Notes under the pieces: model-generated
What the model was told of the DNA's origin: nothing
Database searches by the model: none
Seen by the model: the letters and a program-made list of their open reading frames with translations, nothing else
Position numbers and translations under genes: made by a program
Shown here: piece by piece, positions 9,605 to 17,694 of the stretch
How positions within the stretch are numbered: position 1 is the stretch's first letter
How the letters are laid out: every line of letters starts with the position of its first letter
Virus record (IMG/VR): IMGVR_UViG_3300027741_000049
Strand: one strand, 5' to 3'
Origin: an uncultured virus (IMG/VR IMGVR_UViG_3300027741_000049)
Taxonomy: Duplodnaviria > Heunggongvirae > Uroviricota > Caudoviricetes
DNA length: 20,000 nt

Positions 9605-10951
9605 TCAAGTGTACTTGAGTGTTGTAGCACCAACGCCATAGTTGCTGGTAACCTGTACAAAACCTGTACGTAGGCTAGCAACCATTACACGACGTTGTGT
9701 TTCAACTAGCTCTTGTGTATCAATACGTAAGCCGCGCTGATTACCAACTACGAAGTTACCTGGTGCAAAACAAACTGCAGCAATACTACCGCTTGTACCA
9801 GTACCAACAAATTCACCAGAAACTAGTACTGGTGAATTACCAATTTGGCCAATTTGGCCAGTTAGTAATGTAGCCTGTGTACCAACTTGGTTCATAGTCT
9901 GGAATACTGAATCCTCGAGTAGATTGTAGTAAGTTGTATTATCAACAACATAAACTACATCGGCTGGGTCAAGACCCCAAACTCCAAGATTTTTACGTAG
10001 ATTACGTAGGCTAGCAACAGTAATTAGTGCACCACTACTACCATTAGTACCTTGACCTACAGTACCAGCTAAAGTTACTAGGCCACTAACTGGATCACCA
10101 GTAGTACCTGCACCACGTAGAAATGCGCGGTCAACTGCACGAGCAACACGACGAATCATACCGTCACGAATTACAGGCATAATAGCAATAAGGCTATCTT
10201 CCTCTTCTTCGTAGGCTGTGTACTCATTGGTAGCAACTTTGTATGCACTGAGTGTGACTTCTTTGATATAATGTACAACAGTATTACCACCACTTGTTGT
10301 TGTACCAAAGTTACCATTGTCAATCCACTGTGCAACACCTGCTTCTGGATTAACTGGAATCTTCATTACGTTAGTTTGCATACCAATTTGACGGAATAGT
10401 GGTGCGACGACTAGGCGACGACGAACCTCAGCTTCCATATTTAAGCTAACTTCTTGTTCCCAAGTAGAGTTAGGTAGGTGCGGGCCTTGACCACTACCAG
10501 CATACTTTTGAACCATTTCTTTGCCAAACTTAGTACCATCAATTGTGGTATTAGCCATTTTAGCTAAAAGAACTGCCTTTTCCTTATCAGCATAAGACAT
10601 TTCGCCGTTTTTAATATCAGCAAACTGCATACGTGATTTTTGAATAGCTTCTAGTTCAGCAGCTTTTTCTTTTAGTGTAGCTTCTAGACCCGCAATAGCT
10701 GACTTGTGTGATTGCTCTTGTTCAGCAACACGTTTTTCAACTTCAGCTAGTAGGCGCTCTGCACCTGTGTCAACTGTTTGCACTTGTGCAACAGCAGCTT
10801 TGATTTTTGCGTCAAGCTCAGCTTGAGCGCGGTCTTGTGCTGCGCGTTCTTGAGCAGCTTTAGTGGTTTCAGCAGCAATAGCTTTTGCTGTTTCAGTAGC
10901 AGCTTGACGAGCTGTGTCAGCTAGCAATTTTTCTAGTTCTTTAGAATCCAT
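9605..10951 (-). CDS. Major capsid protein precursor from an internal in-frame start (448 aa)
   Basis: AAAGGA-atggaac-ATG at codon 199 of the fusion ORF; the product size is close to a stand-alone T5-type capsid precursor. Confidence 0.7.
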   Translation of the reverse strand: MDSKELEKLLADTARQAATETAKAIAAETTKAAQERAAQDRAQAELDAKIKAAVAQVQTVDTGAERLLAEVEKRVAEQEQSHKSAIAGLEATLKEKAAELEAIQKSRMQFADIKNGEMSYADKEKAVLLAKMANTTIDGTKFGKEMVQKYAGSGQGPHLPNSTWEQEVSLNMEAEVRRRLVVAPLFRQIGMQTNVMKIPVNPEAGVAQWIDNGNFGTTTSGGNTVVHYIKEVTLSAYKVATNEYTAYEEEEDSLIAIMPVIRDGMIRRVARAVDRAFLRGAGTTGDPVSGLVTLAGTVGQGTNGSSGALITVASLRNLRKNLGVWGLDPADVVYVVDNTTYYNLLEDSVFQTMNQVGTQATLLTGQIGQIGNSPVLVSGEFVGTGTSGSIAAVCFAPGNFVVGNQRGLRIDTQELVETQRRVMVASLRTGFVQVTSNYGVGATTLKYT

Positions 10952-11545
10952 GTTCCATTCCTTTGTAGTGTCGCTATTTGCCGTATTACTGGAGTCTAGC
11001 CCTTTAGCTGGCGCCTGGGTAGTGGCAAATTGCAGTTTAAAAAATTTAAGTTCTTCGTCGCTGTTAAACGACTTAGATAAACTAAATATTGTGTTTTGGT
11101 TTGCAGGTACGGACACTACTGAAATTTCATGTAGTTCCAAGTCTTTAACAACAAACAGCTCTTGGGCTGCATTATATTCCGCATCAACGATACGAAAACC
11201 AATACTAAAAGCGGATAACACTCCGTCTTTAATTAGATTAAACACTTCGCCTGCAGCTGCAGAAATACGTGCTTTAATCCATAAACCTTTACTGTCTACT
11301 CTGTGATCTACCATACGGCCAATAGGCTCACTGTGATCATGATAGGCTAAAATTACTGGATTTTTTAAGTAATTGTCTAGCCCTTGCTTCCACACTTGCG
11401 GTGGTACAATGTCACCCTGTCTATCTACATCTTGGGTACTTGCGTAGCCCTCGATCATGATACTGTCAATTGTCATGTCTTTGGTAGGCAGAGTACTTTT
11501 GGTAAAAACACTTGTTATATTAAGTAGCTTATTTTTATCTACCAT
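9605..11545 (-). CDS. Fused HK97-type prohead protease + scaffold/major capsid protein
   Basis: aa 1-160 carry prohead protease motifs (IEGYAST..DRQGD, YLKNPVILAYHDH..PIG, AFSIGF, ELHEISVVSVPANQ). aa 199-646 are a coiled-coil delta domain followed by an HK97-fold capsid (EVRRRLVVAPLFRQI, RAFLRG). Confidence 0.93.
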   Translation of the reverse strand: MVDKNKLLNITSVFTKSTLPTKDMTIDSIMIEGYASTQDVDRQGDIVPPQVWKQGLDNYLKNPVILAYHDHSEPIGRMVDHRVDSKGLWIKARISAAAGEVFNLIKDGVLSAFSIGFRIVDAEYNAAQELFVVKDLELHEISVVSVPANQNTIFSLSKSFNSDEELKFFKLQFATTQAPAKGLDSSNTANSDTTKEWNMDSKELEKLLADTARQAATETAKAIAAETTKAAQERAAQDRAQAELDAKIKAAVAQVQTVDTGAERLLAEVEKRVAEQEQSHKSAIAGLEATLKEKAAELEAIQKSRMQFADIKNGEMSYADKEKAVLLAKMANTTIDGTKFGKEMVQKYAGSGQGPHLPNSTWEQEVSLNMEAEVRRRLVVAPLFRQIGMQTNVMKIPVNPEAGVAQWIDNGNFGTTTSGGNTVVHYIKEVTLSAYKVATNEYTAYEEEEDSLIAIMPVIRDGMIRRVARAVDRAFLRGAGTTGDPVSGLVTLAGTVGQGTNGSSGALITVASLRNLRKNLGVWGLDPADVVYVVDNTTYYNLLEDSVFQTMNQVGTQATLLTGQIGQIGNSPVLVSGEFVGTGTSGSIAAVCFAPGNFVVGNQRGLRIDTQELVETQRRVMVASLRTGFVQVTSNYGVGATTLKYT

Positions 11546-11557
11546 AAGTTCTCCGTT

Positions 11558-12745
11558 TTATTCTTTTGGTACGCTTTGAGGCCTGCCGCCTTGTGCTGGA
11601 TTTACAGCACTGCCTGCAATATTAGCAGGTATACGTAAGGTATCATTTCCATCAATTGGCGTGTATCGTAGTTCTACTCTAGCTTCATTTGGCGTAATAA
11701 TTCCAGCATTTACTAGTGTTTGGTGATAGTTTGCAATATCTTTTAGCTCTGGCTGTAGCGCACTTACTGTACTAGTAATAGCTTCTATATCATAACCATA
11801 ATAACGTTCAAGAGCACTAATAAACTTTCTTATTACTGGCATTACTGTTTCTAAATAAAACAGTCGCAGGTTAGGACTAATGTTAGCATTATTACCACCG
11901 TCTAGTAAAATAGGCGGAACACCAATTACTTGCAGCAATAAATCGTTGTGAGTTTTAACTGCATTGTCAAAGTCTAAGTCTTTGTAACTATTATTGCTTA
12001 TTGAATGTGGCTTTAAGCCGCTGTCTAAAATAACTGGTCGTTTACCACCAGTTTTATTACTGTAACGTTGTAGCCAATATTGTACTGTTTTTTCTTTAGC
12101 AACTTGTGATAAAGTATTATCACTAGTAAGTACAAAGCCAAAGGTTGCACCGTTGTCAAAAAATTGTGTTTGAAACTTGTGCATAGAGTCCAACAAATCA
12201 ATACTATGTTGTGCTGCCTCTAGTCTACTAGCTCCGCGATAAATGCTTTGTGAACTTAAGTCGCGAAAATGAAATACGTCTTTTTCTTCAAAGTCAATAT
12301 AACCGTTGTAGCGGTAACCTCGAATAAAAGTTTTAGTGTCTGTTAAAATTTCTGTGTACTGAGCTGGCAAGTGATACATAAATACACCATCAAAGTGTAT
12401 AAATACATTGCCTTCTAAGATTAGATCTTGAAATATAGCTTGACGAAATTCTTGAACACTTTGATAAGGATTAGGTCTATAGTTAAGTAAATTTAATAAC
12501 TGTTTTTGCCTAATACCGCTGACTACACCTTCAATTACTTTATCTTTTACATCGTAGTCTAGTGAACTTGCTGCACTAACTACCATGTTTACAGCTCTGT
12601 TAACTACTTCTAAATTTCTAAATGCTAGTTGATATGTAATCTTGCTGGTAGTAGGTATGTGAGTACCTTCAGCCTGTGCAATTCTTACTTGTGCAGGATT
12701 TAGTTTTTCACGAATCCACTGCACACTATCTTTAATTAAACCCAT
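11558..12745 (-). CDS. Portal protein (T5 pb7-like, HK97 family)
   Basis: WIREKLNPAQ, LNYRPNPYQS, GVPPILLDGGNNANISPNLRLFYLETV, GIITPNEAR, RIPANIAGSA. The ATG at 12745 has an AGGA SD and is preferred over the TTG at 12760. Confidence 0.93.
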   Translation of the reverse strand: MGLIKDSVQWIREKLNPAQVRIAQAEGTHIPTTSKITYQLAFRNLEVVNRAVNMVVSAASSLDYDVKDKVIEGVVSGIRQKQLLNLLNYRPNPYQSVQEFRQAIFQDLILEGNVFIHFDGVFMYHLPAQYTEILTDTKTFIRGYRYNGYIDFEEKDVFHFRDLSSQSIYRGASRLEAAQHSIDLLDSMHKFQTQFFDNGATFGFVLTSDNTLSQVAKEKTVQYWLQRYSNKTGGKRPVILDSGLKPHSISNNSYKDLDFDNAVKTHNDLLLQVIGVPPILLDGGNNANISPNLRLFYLETVMPVIRKFISALERYYGYDIEAITSTVSALQPELKDIANYHQTLVNAGIITPNEARVELRYTPIDGNDTLRIPANIAGSAVNPAQGGRPQSVPKE

Positions 12746-12753
12746 GGTTTTTC

Positions 12754-13182
12754 CTAACAAAATTCGCTAAAGAAACTACCACGTGTTTGCTTAGTACTTG
12801 TACCGCCCAGTTTAACCTTGTCACGTTGAATTTCTATCCAACGCTGCTGTTTAGACTCACTGCCTGGTTGAGGAGTTTTACCGTAAACACCGTGAAGCGC
12901 TACATGATGTGGATTACATAGGGTGTAAACTTGCTCATATAACTCTACGCGATGGCTATCAATAAACTCGTCTCTAACCGCCAAGATGCCTTCATCAGTT
13001 GAAATATCATACTGCATTTTTTGTGCCCAGCGCTCTAGTAAGAGTGTTACGCTATGCAAGTGATGTAATTCTAGGTCGTTGCCGGTGTTGCAAATATAGC
13101 AATGATCCTGCTTTGTATAAGCAGACTTGGCTTTATCTCTAACGTGTTTAACGGGTATACGTTTATTTGTATTCTTTGCCAT
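12754..13182 (-). CDS. HNH nicking endonuclease (T5-type, packaging-associated)
   Basis: KHVRDKAKSAY..DHCYIC...LELHHLHS...TLCNPHHVALHGVYG (CxxC, HH, CxxHH); conserved position between terL and portal. Confidence 0.87.
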   Translation of the reverse strand: MAKNTNKRIPVKHVRDKAKSAYTKQDHCYICNTGNDLELHHLHSVTLLLERWAQKMQYDISTDEGILAVRDEFIDSHRVELYEQVYTLCNPHHVALHGVYGKTPQPGSESKQQRWIEIQRDKVKLGGTSTKQTRGSFFSEFC

Positions 13183-13622
13183 TACTTAAGTGAACTGCGA
13201 AGCATCCATGAATGCTTTTTGTGTGCATCTTGACGATCTGCTAAAAAGTTTGATAGTCCGTGATCGCCAAATTCTTCTGCAATCATAAATAACTGTTGAA
13301 ATTTCATAGCCATCATGTCTGAATCTAGTAACAGCTCTTGCAGCAGACCTTTCCAGTCACCTGGAGCATTTTCATCGCTGATATAGGTTAGCTGTGAAAA
13401 TTGTGATAAACTAGCAGGAGCTACAATTTGTAGGGCACGCAGTTCTTCTGCAAAAGTATCAATAGACTCTAAAACTTCGTTATAGATACGCTCTAACATT
13501 AAGTGTAGTTGGTAAAAAGGTTCGCCTTCTACATTCCAGTGAAAGTTAGCTGCTTTTAAATAAAAACTAAACTCACTGGCAAAAACACGTTTTAGTTCTA
13601 GGTAGTATTCAGTTCGGTCCAT
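13182..13622 (-). CDS. dps: Dps family ferritin-like protein (DNA protection during starvation)
   Basis: Signature NFHWNVEGEPFYQLHLMLERIY...IDTFAEELRAL...HKKHSWMLRS with the ferroxidase H, H, D and E residues present; 146 aa. Confidence 0.92.
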   Translation of the reverse strand: MDRTEYYLELKRVFASEFSFYLKAANFHWNVEGEPFYQLHLMLERIYNEVLESIDTFAEELRALQIVAPASLSQFSQLTYISDENAPGDWKGLLQELLLDSDMMAMKFQQLFMIAEEFGDHGLSNFLADRQDAHKKHSWMLRSSLK

Positions 13623-13655
13623 TATTTCTGCTCAATAATTTTTTATAATATAGCT

Positions 13656-13684
13656 ATTGTACACTCTAGGCACCAACAAGTCAA
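13656..13684 (-). promoter_or_regulatory. sigma70 promoter upstream of dps / head genes
   Basis: Minus strand TTGACT-17 nt-TACAAT with upstream AAAAAATTT. Confidence 0.78.
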
Positions 13685-13701
13685 CATAAATTTTTTATCA
13701 G

Positions 13702-14991
13702 CTAAATAGTATAAGTATAAAGTGCATAACGAATAGCATCAGCCATGTGTGAATACTTATCATGTACGGGACGTTCACGTTGCAAACCTTCGCGACTGTC
13801 CCAGCGATACTGGTCCATTACGTCTAGGACATTTGTGCAATGCGGTGCAATTTTTAACTTGCCAGTCTCCACCAAAGTTTGTACATAAGCAATGCCTGGT
13901 AGCACGTCTTTTTTAGCTTTAGTGCTACTAATGTTGTAGGTATAGGCAAGATCACCAGCAAATTGTGCTGCTGCCGAATCAATAAACACTACTTCAATTT
14001 GCCACTTGTCAATATATTCACGAAATGCTACAGCATGCTTGTCAGTAGTAGCTTCACTTTTTAAGTACTCATCTATGATATGAAATTGGTCACTATGAGG
14101 GTTATAACTAATAACCACGAAAGCAGTAGCATCACGATAGCCGGGATCGCAGCCAGCAATGTACTCACAGCCGTCTTGATGTTCATATTCACAAACCCCT
14201 AGTTGTCGATTAAAACTATAAATCTGACCCTCAAACACATTAAAACTAGCCAAGTACTCTTGCTCAAATTCAGCTTTTGACATAGATCGCTTGGCTTCTT
14301 GCACATCCGACTCAGCCATACGCGAATTTTCAGTATAGTCTGCGGTTATACTACACCACTCTGGATAGTCTTCTGAAAATCCACGTTGATAAAATTTACT
14401 AAACCAGTTTTGCTGACCGCGGGGAGTAGAGATAAAAATGGCTTTTGAATTAGGGCGGTCTAGTGTAGGGCGCAGCTGCACGTTAAATGCACTTTCGCCA
14501 CCGTCGCCTAGCGCAGCTTCGTCAAAAAGGATAATTTGGTAACTGCGTCCTACTGTAGAGTCTACTGTGCTGAGGGAGCCCATGCGAATTGTACTACCAT
14601 TCGACAATTCCACTACTTTGTCTTTTAGGTTATCGCGCTCGACTTCTAGGTCAAAATGACGTATAAATTTACGTTGCAGTTCAAATGAAATGCTCGACAA
14701 ATTATAATTAGGCGAAATAATAAGCACATTGCATTTTGGTACTAGGCTTACCAGCTGTGCAATAATATTAGCAATGTAGGTTTTGCCAAGTCGACGTGCA
14801 AGTGCAGCGCAAACAAATCTATATTTAGGATTGTTGATTGCGTTGATTAAGGCAATTTGGGGCCTGTTCATTGAGTCCCAAGCACCTAGGAGCTTTAAGT
14901 AATTTTCAATTGGCAGTTTAATAAAACGGGATTCTAGTGGAAACTCTGTGATTTCATCACAGTCTACATCGTCACGTGAAACTTTAAGCAA
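13702..14991 (-). CDS. terL: Terminase large subunit (T5-like)
   Basis: Walker A LARRLGKT, Walker B IILFDEAA, FISTPRG, FEQEYLASF, nuclease DPGYRD and HMADAIRYALY; TTG start with GGAG SD. Confidence 0.96.
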   Translation of the reverse strand: MLKVSRDDVDCDEITEFPLESRFIKLPIENYLKLLGAWDSMNRPQIALINAINNPKYRFVCAALARRLGKTYIANIIAQLVSLVPKCNVLIISPNYNLSSISFELQRKFIRHFDLEVERDNLKDKVVELSNGSTIRMGSLSTVDSTVGRSYQIILFDEAALGDGGESAFNVQLRPTLDRPNSKAIFISTPRGQQNWFSKFYQRGFSEDYPEWCSITADYTENSRMAESDVQEAKRSMSKAEFEQEYLASFNVFEGQIYSFNRQLGVCEYEHQDGCEYIAGCDPGYRDATAFVVISYNPHSDQFHIIDEYLKSEATTDKHAVAFREYIDKWQIEVVFIDSAAAQFAGDLAYTYNISSTKAKKDVLPGIAYVQTLVETGKLKIAPHCTNVLDVMDQYRWDSREGLQRERPVHDKYSHMADAIRYALYTYTI

Positions 14992-15469
14992 GTTTATCTC
15001 CTAGTAGCTTTGAAATAAGCGCTCCGTACTTGGTGCCGTCGCCGCCTTCGTTGATTTGCACGTTTACTTGCGATTTAGGTCCTGCTCGTTCTTGACGCAG
15101 CTTCTCCAGCTGAATTTCTCGGTCTAGTAATTCCATTGACATTTTATGTGATAGTGCTAATAGCTCAGCAATGTCTTTATTGCTGCCTACGTCTGCCTCT
15201 TCCATTTCCTGAAATTTGCGTTTTAATACCGCGTCCATTGCCGACCGCATTTTAAAACGATTGTTAAAGCCTAAGTCAAAGAATACTTGATTAATATAAG
15301 CTTTGACTTCACGGCGCGCTAAAATTCCCGATACGCTTTCAATAGGCAGCGCTAAGTTATCAGCCACAGCACGCGCATCTTGGCACTGCAGGTAGCAATT
15401 GGCCACTTCTAATGCCTCAGGCGAAATGGCTAGCACCTCGGCAGGCGCTGCGGTTGGGCTTAGGTTCAT
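14984..15469 (-). CDS. terS: Terminase small subunit (T5-like)
   Basis: ISPEALEVANCYLQC...EVKAYINQVFFDLGFNNRF...SNKDIAELL...YGALISKL; overlaps the terL start. Confidence 0.87.
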   Translation of the reverse strand: MNLSPTAAPAEVLAISPEALEVANCYLQCQDARAVADNLALPIESVSGILARREVKAYINQVFFDLGFNNRFKMRSAMDAVLKRKFQEMEEADVGSNKDIAELLALSHKMSMELLDREIQLEKLRQERAGPKSQVNVQINEGGDGTKYGALISKLLGDKLA

Positions 15470-15789
15470 TTTCGTAACTTTTCTTCTAGGATAACAATAC
15501 GTTCACGATTTAAGTGGATAAAGTCACGATTTGTCTGGATTTCTTTTTCAAGATCCTGCCGCAGTTTTTCACGTGCTAATTCAGCACCAGTATTAGTAGC
15601 CTGCTTGTTGTCGCTGGTAACTACTAGTGAAATTTTGCCGTTTAGTATGGTAACGTCGTGTTGTAAGTTTTGCAGTGCAGTCATTAAGTACACTACACAA
15701 GTAAATAACAGTGGTAGCAGTGCAAAGCTAATTTTTTCAATTAGTTGGCCTTTGGCGTGTGCTTCTTGTAGTTTTTCATCACTCATCAT
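15466..15789 (-). CDS. Membrane-anchored coiled-coil protein of unknown function
   Basis: AGGAG SD; one hydrophobic segment (ISFALLPLLFTCVVYLMTAL) followed by coiled coil; ATGA overlaps with both neighbours. Confidence 0.75.
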   Translation of the reverse strand: MMSDEKLQEAHAKGQLIEKISFALLPLLFTCVVYLMTALQNLQHDVTILNGKISLVVTSDNKQATNTGAELAREKLRQDLEKEIQTNRDFIHLNRERIVILEEKLRK

Positions 15790-16784
15790 ATTCTCCTTAC
15801 CAAATTATATTTAAATATTTGCCAGCACTTTTCCCACGACCAGCGATAGCTAGCTACTAAAACTACATGACGTGGAATTGCCAGTGCACGAACTACTGCT
15901 AATTTAAGATCTGGGCTGGTATAGCCGGTTCTGTCCAGCTCAATAACGTCTTGTGGACCACAAACTGGATAAGCTGCAACTGGAGTGCCGCAAGCCATGG
16001 CTTCTAGCATTACTATACCAAAAGTGTCCCAGCGGCTGGTAAATACTAAACAGTCTGCTTGTTGATAGTATTGGGCTAAAGCCTTGCCAGTTTGCATGCC
16101 TACAAACTCCACCTCAGGATATTTTTGTTGCAAGTACTTGAGTTGCGGCCCACCACCAACCACAATCTTCTTAGCACCTAAATAGTCCAGTTTACAAAAA
16201 TCTTCGCAAGACTTTTCCACACTTACACGGCCAACCCATAGTAATATAGGATAAGGCGTTTGACGAGGTTCTTGGGCTGGATAAAACTGCGTTCTGTCTA
16301 CACCACGAGTCCAGGGCACAATGTCACCGCAAAAACCGTGTTGTTTAAGTTCATTAACCATGCTGACAGTAGTAGCTAATACCTTGCCTGAATGCTTGTG
16401 AAACCAGCGCAAGTACCTGTAAGTCCACGATTGGGGAACGCCATAGTAACGTTGCAAAGCTTCTGGAATTTTAGTATGATAGCTGGTATTGTACCGCCAA
16501 CCGTGACGATCCATCCAGCAGCGAGCAGCTAAACCTAGTGGACCCTCAGTGGCAATGTGCACATATTGGGGATTTATTTGCTGCAATACCTTACCAATGC
16601 CACGAGGCCACGATAGCCTAATATCGCCGTAACCAGGAGCACCACAATTAGGGAACTGCCGGGGATCACAATATACAATATCATAGCCATCGCGATTTGC
16701 TTCGCGTTCCAAGTTGTGGAACGTTGTAACCACTCCGTTAACTTGCTGGGGGACATTATCCGTTACTACTAGTATTGTTTTCAT
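15786..16784 (-). CDS. agt: GT4 glycosyltransferase, Agt-type diacylglycerol glucosyl/glucuronosyltransferase
   Basis: ILVVTDNVPQQVNGVVTT, VHIATEGPLGL, TSYHT, RGVD, VGRVSVEK, SRWDTFGIVMLEAMACGTPVAAYPV match the GT4 subfamily that pairs with plcP. The GT4 call is secure; lipid specificity is inferred. Confidence 0.85.
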   Translation of the reverse strand: MKTILVVTDNVPQQVNGVVTTFHNLEREANRDGYDIVYCDPRQFPNCGAPGYGDIRLSWPRGIGKVLQQINPQYVHIATEGPLGLAARCWMDRHGWRYNTSYHTKIPEALQRYYGVPQSWTYRYLRWFHKHSGKVLATTVSMVNELKQHGFCGDIVPWTRGVDRTQFYPAQEPRQTPYPILLWVGRVSVEKSCEDFCKLDYLGAKKIVVGGGPQLKYLQQKYPEVEFVGMQTGKALAQYYQQADCLVFTSRWDTFGIVMLEAMACGTPVAAYPVCGPQDVIELDRTGYTSPDLKLAVVRALAIPRHVVLVASYRWSWEKCWQIFKYNLVRRI

Positions 16785-17517
16785 GTTTAATAATCTTCCA
16801 GTTGCCCTCTAGGGTCTCTACCAGTGCAGTACACGACTCTACCCAATCACCCGAATTCATATAACCTACCGCACCTACCGCTTTAATCTCAGCTTTGTGA
16901 ATATGACCGCAAATTACGCCATGGAAGTTACGTTTGTGGGCATATTTAGTAATAGTTTCTTCAAACTGCCAAATAAAGTTAGTAGCGCGTTTTACCTTGT
17001 GTTTTAACCACTGCGACAAACTCCAGTAACCAAAGCCTAGGCGATGTCGCCACTGGTTAAAGTGGGTGTTTAAACCTAAAACAAAATCATAGGCATTGTC
17101 GCCTAGCCAAGCTAACCAAGGTGCTAAACGGGTAATACCATCAAACATATCGCCGTGTGTAACTAACCAGCGGCGATTGTTGAGGTCGAGGTACTCACAC
17201 TGATTTACTACCTCAATTCTGCCAAACTTTAGGCCATAGCTTATTAGTGGGCGGAGAAACTCGTCGTGGTTGCCGGCTACATATATTACACGGGTCTTTT
17301 CACGATTAGCTTTTGCTAAAACATGACGTACTACACTGGTATGCTGATTAGTCCAGCGCAGACGATTTTGCTTGACCTTCCAGCCGTCAATAATATCGCC
17401 GACTAAATAAAGCGTGTCACAAGTGTTCAACTTTAAAAATTGGCTTAGGTACTCAGCTTTGCAAGCTTTAGTGCCTAAGTGCACGTCACTAATAAAGATA
17501 GCCTTGTAGTGTGCCAC
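16756..17517 (-). CDS. plcP: PlcP-type phospholipase C (calcineurin-like metallophosphoesterase, often annotated as LpxH-like)
   Basis: All metal motifs present: FISDVHLG, LVGDIIDGW, GNHDEFLR, THGDMFD, GVICGHIH, plus LGD.AYD, YWSLS and NSGDWVESCTA characteristic of PlcP. GTG start. Confidence 0.87.
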   Translation of the reverse strand: MAHYKAIFISDVHLGTKACKAEYLSQFLKLNTCDTLYLVGDIIDGWKVKQNRLRWTNQHTSVVRHVLAKANREKTRVIYVAGNHDEFLRPLISYGLKFGRIEVVNQCEYLDLNNRRWLVTHGDMFDGITRLAPWLAWLGDNAYDFVLGLNTHFNQWRHRLGFGYWSLSQWLKHKVKRATNFIWQFEETITKYAHKRNFHGVICGHIHKAEIKAVGAVGYMNSGDWVESCTALVETLEGNWKIIKHENNTSSNG

Positions 17518-17519
17518 AG

Positions 17520-17672
17520 TTATTTACCAGACTTGTTGTAGAGATCAAATAAAGTTTTTACCTTTTCCTCTAAAACACCTAGGCGCATGTCTGCTTTGGC
17601 AAAAAGTACCACAATCATAATAAAAGCCACAAATACTGGCCAAGCTTTTAGCATTAGTTCGATAATTTCCAT
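17520..17672 (-). CDS. Small membrane protein (50 aa; TM + short coiled coil), not in the ORF track
   Basis: GGAGG SD, then MEIIELMLKAWPVFVAFIMIVVLFAKADMRLGVLEEKVKTLFDLYNKSGK*. First gene after the promoter; its stop is 2 nt from the plcP start. Confidence 0.8.
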   Translation of the reverse strand: MEIIELMLKAWPVFVAFIMIVVLFAKADMRLGVLEEKVKTLFDLYNKSGK

Positions 17673-17694
17673 GGTTAACCCTCCAGTTTACTAG

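Noticed and set aside
6500..16756. ORFs 6500-6697, 10914-11306, 15605-15814 (+) and 16574-16756 (-)
   Set aside because: They overlap well-supported genes on the opposite strand or in another frame.
15786..16784. DNA-modifying glucosyltransferase (T4 alpha/beta-gt type)
   Set aside because: The motifs match bacterial lipid GT4 enzymes, and no base-modification genes are present in the window.
16756..17517. Annotation as LpxH (UDP-2,3-diacylglucosamine hydrolase, lipid A synthesis)
   Set aside because: It has GNHD rather than GNRD, carries PlcP-type motifs and is paired with an Agt-like GT4; PlcP is the better call, pending phylogeny.
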